Origin: Lingula anatina
Taxonomy: Eukaryota > Animalia > Brachiopoda
Direction: 5' to 3'
Assembly: GCA_051362555.1 (NCBI GenBank)
Contig: CM120649.1
Span: 15,066,001-15,130,000 of the forward strand
DNA: 64,000 nt
A program made the position numbers and the translations under genes. The notes under the pieces are model-generated. The model worked only from the letters and a program-made list of their open reading frames with translations, was not told where the DNA came from and searched no databases. Within the stretch, counting starts at the first letter, position 1; each line of letters begins with the position of its first letter. Of the stretch, positions 10,080 through 24,377 are shown piece after piece.

Positions 10080-12757
10080 GTCAGATTTTCATAATGAAAA
10101 TGTGACTCCCCCTATGAAATTTTGACTCCCCCCAAAAAAACATTCATTAATCTCATTTTATTTGAGTAAATGACTATGATTTTGTAGTATGCATAATGGA
10201 TGATACATTGGCACTTTTTTGTAGTTTGCAGGTGAAAATTTTCATTTAAAAAAAGAAAAATTAAAAATGTGCACATAATGAAAATCTGACTCCCCCATGA
10301 AAATTTGACTCCCCCTCCACAAAACTTCATAAATCTTATTTTATTTTGAGTATATGACTGTGATCCTGTAGCATGTAAAATGGTTGATACATTGGCACAT
10401 TTTTTGTAGTTTGCAGTGAAAATTTTAATGAAAAAATAAGAAAATTGAAAATGTGCACATGGTTAAAAAATTGAGAGAAAAAAGTAACAAAACACATGAA
10501 AGTAAGAAAAATTAAGGATTTGTTTGCTAACACCCAATAGCTCCCCTATAAAAAGCTATTTATGTGATGTTTGATGATCATTCTGACAACTTTTCTTTTA
10601 TGATACTTTATGAAAAAAAATTATTGGAAATATTAAAAAGTTTTATGGTAAAATACTGCGTGAAAATAAATGAAAAATGGATAATAAATTTGCATTCTTG
10701 TACCCGTAGGATTTTGACTCCCCTAGTTAAAAGCACTTATTTCATATTTAGCACACATTTAAATGTTTCTACTTTTTAGTTTTCTTATGGAGAACTGTTC
10801 TGTTCAACATATTTGGAATGTTCAACATATGTGGAATATTTAAATTTTGTGGGTAAAAATTTTTGCAATAAGTGTTTGAAATTTAAAAATAGTGAGAAAT
10901 TCAGTATCATATTTATTTTACACCCATGAAAAGGACAATTATTTTTTATTCAGTCACTATTTTCCACATAATTTTCATTGTATATATAATGATAACTCTG
11001 CACACTAAGCTATATGAAAATAAAAATTGTTTTGTGTCATATCAGAAAAGAATATTTTTTCAATGAAGTGCATACAATATCAACAAAATGTAGATGAATG
11101 TAAAAAGGATCCACTGAGACAAGAAAATTCTGCTTCTCTTCAATATTTTACCTTATGGCAGTGAAAACTTAATGATTACTTTGCACACTAGGCTAAATCA
11201 AAATACTTTTGCCCCTTAACTAAAAAAAATCATATTGGAATTTAAGAACACAATAGTAAGGAAATATCACCAACATGTGAATAATGCTGCTAAAAAATTC
11301 TTAATTTTGACAAAGGTTATCACCACCAAACTTTCAAATGTGATAGGACTGTGACATGCTTGGTGGTAACTTATTCATATGTCGTAGCTTAAAGGAAAAA
11401 AATATTAAATATGAAACATTTGATTTGTAAGATGGGTCGTCAAAGTCCTATGGGCGCAAGAATGCATACTTATTATCCTTTTTGCTTAATTTACCCCCAT
11501 CTTTCATCCAGCTTTGGGGAAAATAATGGGAAAACAAAAGCAAGTGTTTTGTTGGGTATGCTATATAAGAAGAATTAAATAAAAAGGCGATGGGGCCAAT
11601 TTCTTGTGTTAAAAATGTAGTGTTTTGACATGGGAGTGCAAAACCTACAAGAATAAAGATGGATACTTGTTTTAAAAATATTGACCAAAATTTTCATCAT
11701 CAAACTTTCAAATAATGACAAAATATCCATCTCTATGCAAAAAATGTGGAAAACAGTGGTATGGTGACTGAATATAAAATAGGTCCTTTTCTCCATGGGA
11801 GTCCAAATCTCATGGGTGTAAAAATAAAGATTTTCATGATTTCTTTTTCATGCTTTCACTATTTTATCATCAAACCTTTAAATATTTCCAATATATTTTT
11901 CATAAAGTATCCTAAAAGAAAAGGTGATGAAATGATCATCAAATATTTTAATAACTTTTTCATAGGGGAGACAATAGGCGATTAAGTGGACATTTTTAAT
12001 TTTCTTACTTTTTCACATATTTTTTCACCTGCAAACTACAAAAAAAAAAAAAAAAAATGTGCCAATCTATCCTCCTTTTTACATACTACAAGATCACAGT
12101 CATATACTCAAAATAAAATAAGATTTATGAAGTTTTGTGGAGGGGGAGTCAAATTTTCATGGAGGAGTCAGATTTTCATTATGTGCACAATTTAATTTTC
12201 TTATTTTTTCATTAAAATTTTCACTGCAAACTACAAAAAATGTGCCAACGTATCAACTATTTTACTTACTACAAGATCACAGACATATACCCAAAATTAA
12301 ATAAGATTTATGAAGTTTTATGATGGGGGAGTCAAATTTTCATGGGGGAGTCAGATTTTCCTTATGTGCTCATTTTTAATTTTCTTATTTTTTCATTAAA
12401 ATTTTCACTACAAACTACAAAAAATGTGCCAATGTATCCTCCATTTTACATTCGACAAGATCACAGACATATACCCAAAATAAAATAAGTTTTATAAAGT
12501 TTTATGATGGGGGAGTCAAATTTTCATGGGGGAGTCAGATTTTCATTATGTGCTCATTTTTAATTTTCTTATTTTTTCATCAAAATTTTCACTGCAAACT
12601 ACAAAAAATGTGCCAACATATCATCCATTTTACATACTACAAGATCACAGTCATATAGTCAAAATAAAATAAGTTTTATGAAGTTTTATGATGGGGGAGT
12701 CAAATTTTCACGGGGGGAGTCAGATTTTCATGGGAGTCAGATTTTCATGTTACACCG
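10080..12757. mobile_element. Foldback-like non-autonomous element with inverted arms built of ~183-bp tandem units
   Basis: About 2 units on the left (10090-10460; atgaaaat(c/g)tgactcccc..gaaa.tttgactcccc) and about 4 units in the opposite orientation on the right (11990-12750; ggggagtcaaattttcatgg(g)ggagtcagattttc). The AT-rich interior carries degenerate mirror motifs. The right end is GTTACACCGG. No transposase. Confidence 0.7.
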
Positions 12758-12899
12758 GGTTTGGCTTTACTGTATTGCTGATGTGGGTTATATACGACAT
12801 CAAGATCGAGCTGGCAATACCGAAATCTTGAACCTAGGGTAAATGGGTAACTGAAGAATATATATTACACTTAATACATTAGGTGACGCGAAGAAAAGT

Positions 12900-13325
12900 T
12901 GAATGCTATTTTTGGTACATATGGCATGTTGTCAAATTAGATTAATCGTAGTTAAATAAAAGGCGGGACAGCAAAACAGATTTGTCTAAAAGTAGGAACA
13001 TCTTTACTTTTTTGGGTGAGTGTTTTAAGCAATAACAAAGAGAACCCTTTATATTCAACAAACACAATACAATACAACAAAAGCTTATAAGTACAGTAAG
13101 TTTACCATTCAAACATATGTACGCTAAAAAAGTTTGAGTGCTATTTTTGGCACATGGCATATTGCCAAACTAGGTAAATAGAGTTACCAGGGTGACATCA
13201 AATATGGGGCAGCAAAAACAGAACCAGAACACATTTTTATAGGATGCATGGCACTGTTTTTATGAAGAAAAAAAAAACAAATTGTTTTTTAAGTAGAAGA
13301 AACAAAAGACCGCCTGTTTATATTT
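12900..13325. repeat. Short tandem duplication (~235-bp unit) upstream of the protease gene
   Basis: gctatttttgg..catggcat.ttg.caaa.tag ... cagcaaaa(a)caga occurs twice (from ~12905 and ~13140). Confidence 0.65.
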
Positions 13326-13541
13326 GTTTGTTTAACCTGTAGGATTTGACGAGGTCTACCTGTGCGAGTAGGTGCCGTTAAAGGTCTTCGCCATTTTTCA
13401 TCGTTTGCACCTGTGGTAACGCCGTTTTGGGATACGACGAAGACGGCTTTGAAGTTAACTGTAAGCAATCTGGGATCGAGAGATGATAGTAGGGCGTTAG
13501 AGTCTTAAGGGAAGACACGGATAAATTTGAGACTGTTAAAC

Positions 13542-16500
13542 ATGGTAAGATATTGAAATTCGTAAAACATCAAATTTATAAACAATGTCAACCGTTCGTA
13601 AATGATTAACTACATAATCACAAGGTGTTATGTACATGTAGGAGAAGGAAATGGGGTTTTGTCGATAGTCGATAAAAGCACTAAAACATTCCATAGAGAT
13701 GGCCTCTTTTATAAAGAAATTGAATAGAAACTATGTACGGGCGTTGGAATTAATTTAATAACTACATGTGCAGGGCTTATCCAGGATAAAATGAAAGGGG
13801 CGGGGGGGGGGGGGGGGAGGTCCAGAACGACATGCATCGAATGCAAAGCCAACCATCACCCTCTTTAGGTTCGGGGCCCCGAAATATTTTTAGTGTTTTA
13901 GAGGGCAAACGGTGCCCTTTGGTGCGGTTTAAAACTATGATTCAGCTAGTCATAGTTCTAATTTCAAGAGGGGAATATTGGTATATTTTTCAGAAACCGA
14001 AGGGGGGGGGTCAGGACCCCCCCCCCCCCCCCGACTCCCCCTCTAAATCCGCCACTGATGTGTCCATTGCAATGTCCATGCATGAATAGTGATTTCGTAA
14101 CTGTGCAACATTAATAATTGATTCTAATGTACATTGTAACTGTATTGTCAGCTGTAGAATTGATTATATATCTTTGTAGGCTCTCAATTCGCTTGCTAAG
14201 CTGATGGAAATGATAGAATCCCATTCTACCAAGCTACAATTCCCCGCCACGGGAAATTTCAAGTATAACTACGTCAGAGAGAGACTTTTTGCTATATTTC
14301 AAGAGACGTATATAAGGAAACTGCGTGGCATGCTCTCGTGGACAAAGTCTGAAATTGTTGAGGTGGTTGTCTTTGGAGAACATGCTGTTGGGCTGGCTTC
14401 TCAAATGCAGTCATGTGGATTCAAAAGTGCAGAAGCTTCAAAACCAGAAAAAGACATACCACGACTGTTCATTTTTGCATCAGAAATATCCCCCACAAAA
14501 GAGGTAAGTTTGTGTTCGAAAATACTTCAGCTACAGAAGTTTATTCGCATTTAAATCTTCTCGCTTCCAGCTACATTAAAAGAATGCGTGGTTCTCCTTT
14601 CGGCAGAAAGGTTGTTTCTTGAGTTTCTTTGTTTTTTTTCTAATTTTTGATAATGCTATTTTCCAGGACGTAGAACTTTTACAACTGGTGTTGAATCAGA
14701 CAAAAAACGAAGCATGCTCTTTGGTAGCTGTCGCATTGACATCGGATGTTATCAGTCAGAAAGAGCGCCTGGTAACAAAGGAAGATATTGTTAAAGAGAT
14801 TTTACTGGAATGGCCCGCTGGTCATGTTATACTAACAAAAGCACTGGATGCTATATCCAGTGATATTTTGTTTTGGAATAACGAAAGAAGTATAACAGAG
14901 GAAGTGTTTCTTTATATGCTGGAAGCTGTAGAAAACGTCATGACGGACTTTTTGAAAGTTGTTCAAAATTTGGTCGCTGGCTTGGAAGATGTGTTGGAAG
15001 TAAAGTGCAATCTAGAGTCTAAAATACAGCAATATTTAAATTCAAATCGCAAAAAAATAGACCAGTGTGCAACCACAATTGTTTTGAAGAATCACCGAGG
15101 CAGGTTAATTCGTAGAAGGCTGTTCTTCGTTCAAAACAAGGAAACACTCGCAAACTTCACATTGCAGATCAGAAAAAAACTCATTGAAATAATGAGCCAA
15201 GGAGTAATTCATCTTGCCGATGAAAGTCAATGCGGGGTAGAGTCTGAGCTCAGTATGGAAAAAATCATGGCCTCATTCATGAAACATATACCGAAACCTG
15301 GTCCTGGGCTCTATCCTACTTTGCCACAGCCTGTGGATGTAAATGGGGAAAGCTTTCGGAAAATGGTCGCACTGGACTTTCACAATGACGTCACAAAACA
15401 GAGCGACAACATCACACGAACATTGCTTTCTTCCATTTACCAGTCGGACCCCGATGATGACGATGACAGACCAAAGACTGAAGACTTTGAAAAACTCAGA
15501 CTTTTGCATTTAGAAATGAATAAACTAACCTCGAATATCAAAATAAACAGAAACCCACGCGATGCATCTCTGCTTCAAGTCCCGATAATTCCCGATCCGG
15601 TGAAGGCAGAGTTACACAAGTAAGTACATTAAAAGAAAATTAACTTAAATTAACATACATTCAGGAGCTGAATCATTTATACGAAACATGCATGTAACTA
15701 TAGGGATTTTTGTCCATAATGTTTTTAGATGTTAAGTGTAAAATTTCACAAGCACCATAATACAATGTATTCTTTTAGAGAAGAAATAGGACAAGGTCGT
15801 TTACATTAACACACTAGTAGAACTGAATGCTGTGTTTGATATTGTTCAATTTTATTTCACAGAAAGCCCTTCATTAGAGCGTTTGGCATCATCTTTGGCA
15901 AGGTCCACATCTTCGTACAAGCGGATCTATGGCGCCAAGAAGAAGAAAAACTTCTCATAAAAAGCGAAATTGAACGTATTGTGTCTGATGATGAATTCTG
16001 CCAAGACTTCTGTATTGTGGAGTGGTCTCCAAATTCAAAGATCACTCCCTACGGTTTTGGCGTGGGATCGATGCTGTCCATGAAGCAAGATAGAAATCCC
16101 CCGTTTGGTACAGTGGGGTGTTTCGCGTTTGTTGACGGGATGGTCCAAGAGGTTTATGCTCTCACTGGTGCTCACGTGGCTATAAAGTGCAAGTACGTTG
16201 AGCACGAAGGTGGTTTTCTTCGAGTAGGCCAGATCGCATATTCGAAACCAGCCCAATTGGTAGTCTCGCAAGTGGACAGACCTCCCTCAGATCTGGTCGA
16301 CATTGCCTTCATTCGATTAAGTGCTGAGGCAAGGAGAGCGTATGAAGGGGTTTTCATGGTACATGGTGAACCACAGGATTGCAGGTTGTTTACGGATGGT
16401 TTGGAATCTCTCCACGGCGAAAGAGTTCACAAAAATGGCGCGGCTACTGGATATACCGAGGGGATCGTTGTTGGTACTCTTCACATGAATGGTATGTTTC

Positions 16501-16766
16501 AACGCTTTTCTAACCTTCTGTTAGTGAAATCAGTGGGCAACAAGCCTTTCTCGCTGGATGGCGACAGTGGTAGTGTGATCGTTAAGAAGTCGGATTGTGC
16601 CCCGAACTCCTTGTTGGCAGTTTCGATGATCTTTGGTGGACTGGATATAAGGGATGGACCAATGTCAAAAGAATCTGAAGTTACAGTAACATTTGGCCTG
16701 TGTAAAGCTATAACTGACGCCGAGTTCAAACTTCAAAGACGTTTTCGGCTTCAGCCAAGCCCATAA
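13542..16766 (+). CDS. Intracellular trypsin-like serine protease (Nal1/Ssy5-type C-terminal domain) with long N-terminal region, ~727 aa
   Basis: Exons: ATG only 13542-13544 (|GTAAGA), 14180-14503 (|GTAAGT), 14667-15619 (|GTAAGT, phase 2), 15863-16766 (TAA). Total 2184 nt, frame continuous. Catalytic motifs: GTVGCF..YALTGAHV (His), VDIAFIRL (Asp), FSLDGDSGSVI (Ser), plus VHKNGAATGYTEG. No N-terminal hydrophobic signal. Confidence 0.88.
13771..14057. mobile_element. G/C-run MITE with CAG...CTG termini and 5-bp TSD (ATGTG)
   Basis: atgtg|cagggcttatccagg ... taaatccgccactg|atgtg; in intron 1 of the protease gene. Confidence 0.75.
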
Positions 16767-17526
16767 CCTGCTGCAAAAAACATTTTATCGTCCCCAAGTC
16801 TGTAAATTCATTGTCATTTGGGCATTTTCTTGAACATCAGTGATACCGACAATGATATTGACATTTTATTTTTGTGTGTGACACACGTGGAAATTAATGT
16901 TTTTAAGTAAAGGGGGTCATACATATGTCTCGATTCATTTGTATGTATATGTTGAGTAGAAGGTATTATATGTATAGAACACGTGTCTAAGTTTACGTCC
17001 TATTTGATACGTCAAAAGTAAGTGAAAAAATGACAAAACTATACGCACTAAAACATTTTCAGATTGATTGTAGCCTATTCGGTGATGGTTCTTTAATAAT
17101 AAAATTTTACTTCCATAGAAATGGCAATATTATTAATCAAGCAACACATTTTATCCTGAACACCACCTAAGTTTCTTTCAGACCACCACAGAGACTACTT
17201 AATTCTTAGTCAGACATCAGCCCAGTGGCACACCGGTTAAATAAATGTGATATAACTAAATAAATATCCTCAAATCGGTGGAAAACAACTTTACAGACAT
17301 AACCTGCTGTGGACTGGTTTTAACTTGCAGGGTGAACGCGGTACATGCTCGGAATCAAAACTACACTGGCTGAACTTTACACATTGAGTTCTCATCAGCA
17401 GCATGGCTAGGTCGTGACAACCTTTTATAAGCATGGAACGTGTAAATGGCACAATAATTATGATAATAATAATAATAATATCCGATTAATTGTTAAAGTT
17501 GGCCCATGGAAGATTTCATAGTGCCA

Positions 17527-18803
17527 TTCACGTGTAACCTTGGATTTCACTATTAATGAAAAGATTTACCGTTTTTGGAGTTCATATACACATTGCCATT
17601 TCCAACACTGAAGTAAACTCAGCAGAACTGGGCCAGCATTTTGACTAAGGCATTACGGCCTTGGCATATAATAGAAACAATTTAAATTTGAATTTCCTAA
17701 AATAGGGTATATACATGAGCGTATATTTACAGTGCGCAATATATACACTACTGGGGCAGCTTAACTGTTTTCTCTGTACCAATAAAGAGGGGACGGACTT
17801 GTGTTTGAATCGATCAGTCTGTTTACAGGTTATGTGATTGACAATTTAATTGGCAAAGTTAAGCATAAAAATCTGTGAATTAAACCTAAAGGGGAGATTG
17901 GCTTGAGGCTGAGAAGGGATATTGCTTGTATTGTGTGACTGTTATTTTAGCAAAATATATTGTATTGAAGTTACAGCATGGAGTCGTTACATTCTTTTCT
18001 GTACATGTGTGCAGAGATGAATGCATAGAATCTGGGAATATCCCCGGCGTTTTTACAGATTGCTTTATCTAAAGATAAGAGCCCGCAGCACTAAGCCTCC
18101 TCGGGGTTAATTTTAAAGAGTTATTTAATGTAGTGAGGGACCCGGGGTAATAAGAAAGGTCCCTCAAAAGTAAAGAAAGAACCCTCACGTTTCAAAAACA
18201 TGAAAGAAGACGAGTATAATTAACAAGCTTTTTCTTTTTATGACGCACATAACATTAAATTTTTAATAAATGGTGAAAATAGGGTGTAAGCCTCAATTTT
18301 AATATTTGTGAATGTGTGTGTTCTAAAAAATGAAGTAATAAAAGCGCCAATACATTCTCATACTCACTGTATTCAAAATTAATTCTTATAAAATTTTATT
18401 TCTCTTTAAAGAAGCATCATTGCCAATCAAACTACTTGTGTTTAAAAAACAATCACCGACAATTGCAAATCTTTCTATATAAGTCTATGTCAAGACCTAT
18501 TTTAAAAACCACTCATGACATTGATATAAAAAAAGCATCTTGTGGATTTTTTAATGTTGATCCACGGATGAAGACTCCATAGTGTCCTTCACGTGTAATC
18601 ATGCATGCACTGAAGGCATTTCACTAGTAATGCGAAGTTTTACAGCTAGAGCAAACTCAGCAGGACTAAGTAAGCTTTCTAACGACTGCATCACGGTCTT
18701 AGCACATAAATAACTTTCATTTTGAATATCCTAAAAAAAGAGTATGTACATAAGCATATATTTACAATTTACAATATAAATACTACTGGGGCAGCTTAAC
18801 TGC
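17527..18803. repeat. Direct duplication (~17527-17768 and ~18588-18803)
   Basis: Collinear ttcacgtgtaa..aaactcagcag..gcat(t/c)acgg..tttgaat..cctaaaa..tactggggcagcttaactg in both copies. Confidence 0.8.
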
Positions 18804-19661
18804 TTTTCCGAATATCAATCAATCTTTTATAAGACAATCGTTAATGGTAAGGAAAACATTCGGGTGTCATTCTAATTACAGATAATAACATAGCTGCACT
18901 ATTTAAAGCTTTACACATATTTCTTGCAAACCTGAATAAAACAATATATACAGTCAACTCAAAGTTACTTCCTAGGTTTTTTGTGTCTTGGCGACGTTAA
19001 ACAGATCTATCTAAAAGTACGGGTATTGTAAGGTTAAACGAAGGATTTTGTTGTTGATTCTGTCTTCAAAATTGCTAAATAATAATTAGATTGCTTCTTT
19101 CGCTTCAAATTTTACCACATGGCCGCTCTGCAAAGGCAGTCACTCTATAAGCAAATACAGACAAGATATATTATCTAGTTCGACTCAAGGAGTCCTAAAA
19201 TCACCTTGAACGCTAAAAGGCAAAATTCTCCCTAGTAAATACATACATTTTAGTTTAATATAAAACGGTTTCTTACTTATTTACGTGCTACGACAATATG
19301 ATGGCCTCTAAAGCTCCCCCTTCAAATGAGATAATACAGTCAAATGATTCTGCTTTACTCAAAATTCCAAAATCCACATGTGCTTTAATTTGTCATTTGT
19401 TTCGAGATATTTTAAACTAAAGGGCAAATTTTCTTGTCAGCTGTGTCAATAGAATAATTTCCGCCTGCACGCATCTCAGGATGAACAAAGTAAATGTAGC
19501 CTAGACTTTGCTACTAACTGTAATCCTTAATTTTCAAAGTTATTTTTCATATTTAACACGAAATTACTTTGCTTAAATATTTTCACTACATAAAGTTTCT
19601 TTTCTTAAAAAACCTCAACTTGCATCCTTGCTTTAGGAGAAAACATAACAATTTGGTTTCA

Positions 19662-20943
19662 TTATACCGTGCTCTCACTGCCCTTCTTCAATTTTATTTT
19701 TCGTTTTTCCTCGGGTAGTTCCGGATACTTGCTGGAGTAGATAGTGGGGGCCTCTAGCGAGAAACCTCCTCCTCCACCTCCTGAAGTTGACCTTGACCCG
19801 GTGATATGGTTACTGTAACCGTCAGCCTGTGAATAAAAATAATTGATTGGTAATAGTTCTTCTACCCACATTATGCGTACATGAAAAGGTTATCTTTGCT
19901 ATTTAAAAGATGAATAATGTATTTTGATAATTACTACTCAAATAGTAAGTTTAATCTGTGTGGATCAGTGAAAGTAGGCCTATCTCACAAATCTAGCAAC
20001 TCAATATTTCTACGTAGAGCACATAATTCATTTTGTTATGTTTGTTTTTTTCTCAATAATTTAAAAGCCTGTTTATTGTTCTCGTTTCTTTTATCCTGTT
20101 GTCATCAAAATAGCCTGTATCTGTGATCATTGCTGTTATAATTAACCATTTTTAAGTGATAGGGCCCTGTTTGCGCAGACTTTCTCCATAAATTAGAAAT
20201 GAACAAGTGATATGCACAGAAGTCTTTAAAATTTTGTGTTTTTGAAGACATCAAGCAAATTTCTCACCGAATCTAGATCATCAGTGTATCCAAATAAATG
20301 GTGATACGACCCAACACATATCAATGCATATACCTGAAATACAGAGTACGGTAATTTGTTAGTGAAAATAACTTCGCTCACACTATAATTTATTGAAACT
20401 TACCTAAAATACACCCAAATTTTTAAGCTATCTTTGCATATTATTTGGTCAATGTTTTGATACGACTAAGCACAGTACATTAAAATTATAAACTAGTTCT
20501 TGTACTGCTGAAATACCAAAAAAGCAAAATAATGTACCATTCATGATATTAATCGGTATATGAAAGGATAGTCCTTATTTCAGCAATGTTAACCAAGTAT
20601 GGTTTACATATGTATAAATATTTAAAATTCAAATATCTAAAGTACTTTCAATTTACCAGGACGACAGGTAATCACTTCTAAAAAAATAAAGAATCTGATG
20701 CCAGAATCCCATGAATGACACATAAACAATCTTCATTTTATTGCCAACCTTTTTACTTACGTTTATTACAAAAAATGCAATATTGAGCACCACGGGCACC
20801 CAGATGTACGAAGACAGGTTGGGAAGAAAAACTGGAAAAGAATGTGATATTTTCAATTAAAATTTAATAATAATAATAAACTCAATAACAACTTTCGAAT
20901 ATCAGGAAAGACTGATTTAATTTACTTTACCACGTGTCTTTGC

Positions 20944-21005
<62 letters not shown>

Positions 21006-22682
21006 TGGGAAAATCAAAGTGAAATAATGCACAGTATGCATCCTCTCGAATTTTAGCAAGTAAATTTTAGCAAGCATGTTCGTAATGTGGTCTATTTAAT
21101 AAAAGAAGCTAGAAATATAATAAAATAAAGTAATAGAATAAAAACCACACCTGTATCCATGCCACATATGTAGTATAACACTATACAGACTATGTAGTAT
21201 AAACACTCAACAATGGTGAACACCATCCATGGCACTAACATCCATCTTGTCCGACTCTGAAAAATATCACAAAACACTTCTATTTAGAAAATAATTCGTT
21301 TTTGTGAGTAGAAAAATACACTCATTGTAATAAATAATATTATAACATCACATGATAAACATCGTGTTGCCTACTTAATATTTGTAAATGTGTGTAAGTA
21401 AAGGGTAGACAAAAGAACATTTAGGAAAAGGTGGGCTTTCTATTACGATAAAGCAATTCAGCAATTCAGGTGAAGATAAAGTTGAGCAGTGACATATTCA
21501 GGAGTTGAAATGGGTATTAAAGTGGAATCGAGATAAGAAATAAAAATATACAAGCAGTAAAAGCAAATATGAATGAATTGATTGTTAAATACGTAGTAAA
21601 ACAAATAAAAATTTAAGAAACTTTCATCCCTTCGGGACCCATCTTTGAGTCTTTGATATCTAAACCTGGGAGCATGTAATAACAAATAAGAATAGAGTAA
21701 TATATATACGATCATATGACAAGCAGTATATGTAAAAAGGAAATTGAAAATTGAAAAGCACCTATTGACGTTCTTATACCCAGGTAGGTGTCTCATTCTT
21801 TCTATATTCTTAAGCCTTGGACCAGACGTATATCATTACATGTACATATATTACGACTACAATACTATAGTTATTGTGCCATACCTTGCCAGCCCCACAC
21901 AGGGCGACGAGAGACGCTAACAGCCACAGTAAGTGGAGGGGTACTGATATGTAACTGATGGCGTCACTCAGGATAAAATTCCCGCCAAAAAATGTCCCGC
22001 ACTCCGTGTAATACCCCCCAGTTACGGCCATGGAGGCTGAAATGTGATAGATTTGACAGGCAAATATTTTGACTTTGTTTGAATTTTAAATTACACGCAT
22101 TTTAAATTAAACTTAGACTGGGATGCTCGACTGTTAAACTTTCACAAGACAAACAATCAAGAAATAACTCTTAAGCACTTAAATCAAACTCACATAAGAT
22201 CAAGAACGAAAAATACATTGAAGAATCATTAAATTAAAAATAAATATTTTATGAAATATTAATCATGACTTCCTCAAAATATTTCTATTCCACGTATATT
22301 AATTATTTATTGAAAAATTTTTAGCCGTAGAGAACCAGATTTAAGCGGTGTAAATGTGTAAATGATGTCGCCAGCTTATACAATGTATTAATTAAAGTGT
22401 ACGCGTTACATGCATAGGGAGATAGAAGTTGTACGATATTCTTATAGACTCTATACTTACTGAGGGTGGCGATGTAGCAGTAGTAGACTAGACTGCCGAG
22501 TGAACAAAACTGGAATATGAGAAGAAATATCGGTAATACTTCAAATATACTACAAGCACATGTGCACCTTTAAATAAAATATTTGTGTGTGCGTGTGTGT
22601 GCGTGTGTGTGTGTGTGTATGTGAGAGAGAAAGACCCCAGGTGTGTGTGTGTGTGTGTTTGTGTGCGTATGTGCATGTGTGT

Positions 22683-22719
<37 letters not shown>

Positions 22720-22957
22720 ACAATGCAGCATGGGCACCTGTAGGCCTACTACTTATTTATATGCTGGATACACGCATCAGGATATAGACGTACCAGTTAT
22801 GAGCACATAAAAAAAGTACTGCCACTAACACCTCTATACTAACACTTTTATAGTTCACCTGTACTCATTACTCCCAAAGGTAACTTACCAGGGTATAGAA
22901 GCAGCATGCTAGGGTTCCCCTGTGCAAACTCCAGCAGAAACAACACTTGGTCATCAT
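19662..22957 (-). CDS. Four-TM LAPTM4/DUF4728-like membrane protein, paralogue A (~225 aa)
   Basis: Exons 22957-22889, 22509-22461, 22036-21885, 21256-21151, 20831-20761, 20333-20268, 19826-19662; phases 0,1,0,1,0,0. N-terminus MMTKCCFCWSLHRGT, TM2 ending LCGAGK, RWMLVPW before TM3, VYALICVGSY after TM4, tail with YPEL. Confidence 0.88.
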
Positions 22958-22989
22958 CTTGGCGACGGTTTAAATGAGATCTTTAAGTC

Positions 22990-23075
22990 TTGGCGTCCTC
23001 CATTTTTGTCACTTAACCGCTGGGGATATAGTACACCTGAGTTTACTGCACATGCGCAGACGGCCGCCATTGCTT
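22990..23075 (-). promoter_or_regulatory. Putative core promoter of paralogue A (NRF1-like and YY1-like motifs)
   Basis: TGCACATGCGCA (~23047-23058) and GGCCGCCATT (~23062-23071) about 100 bp upstream of the ATG at 22957. Confidence 0.45.
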
Positions 23076-24334
23076 GTTATCGTCTCAGGTAGGTGACACA
23101 TTAAGTCGGTATTTACAGGTGAGGGTTTAATGTAGGTCAACTGACAAGCGCAGTTGGTGCTGCTTTTGAATTCGCTTATCTTGTTTATAAACTCGCTGCA
23201 GTAGGGGATATTGTCTTTCGAATTTCTTTTAAATATATATGTAGCAGTGACAAATATATTTCTTGCTGTTTATGCTTTGTAAATTCCATATGTTAAGTGT
23301 TGTACCGGTAAATGTGCATGAAAATTGTGGATATTTATTTCATGTAAAAGCATTTTTGAATCTTTTGCACTTATGAAACGAATTAATAAAATAAAAAAAA
23401 AATATGTAAAAGAACTGCAGAAAGCGAAAGGCATCTTGTAAAACACAGGACTATTTTTTTTTCATAAGGATGAAGATAGGGTAATCTTTGGCGGCATGTC
23501 CAGAGACCTTAATTTAATGTGAATTTGTTAAACTTAAAATGCGTGATTGCTTCAGCACATCCGCTTTTTATACTATCTTGAATAACTTGCAAAAACAGTG
23601 AATACAGTTTGCATACTTTATTCATCATGCAACAACTTTCTGCTCCAACATACAAAATATTATCATTAGTAAAGCTATTAATGGAAGTCCATTCGAATGA
23701 AGCAAACAAACTCAAGTAATTTCCAATTTCTATGTTATATTATTTAATTAAAGCACAACAGTATGCTTAAAGATGGTGTATATTATGCGGCTTGCGTCTT
23801 TATAGCGAATTACAACTGGTCACATTTTTTAAACGGATTTCCAAGATGGGCGACAGTACAATGTACATCTTATATAAAAATAATAATAATAATAATAAAT
23901 GAAAAAAAAAATTTTTTTTAAAATCCACACATTACTACATGTAATACTAAAACCTAAACCCTGAGTATTACAAAACGTGAAACATTACAATATATATATT
24001 TTTTTAATTTGTATTTGCTAAGAAACCAAATATTTGTCTTTCGTTTTGTTTCACGAACGATTTAAATGTTAGTTTTTAATTTTTTGTTTAATAATTTTAA
24101 TACTTTAAAATATGTTATCATCATTTGTAAAGCACTCTCAAACAATCCATTTATACGGGAAAAATACCATAATTCGTCATCACCGACTATTAACTCACAG
24201 CTGAAGTATATATATATTTTTTCTTCAGCACTATCAGCAGTATTAGTACACGAACAGCACTATCAGAATTGTTCAATATTTCTCATTATACATTGCATGT
24301 GATATGAACTCTCCCGTCTTTTTCTTCTTCTTGT

Positions 24335-24377
<43 letters not shown>

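Noticed and set aside
14619-14666. Hydrophobic start MSFFVFFLIF as a signal peptide of the protease
   Set aside because: It is the intron polypyrimidine tract read from a TTG start; the exon begins at 14667.
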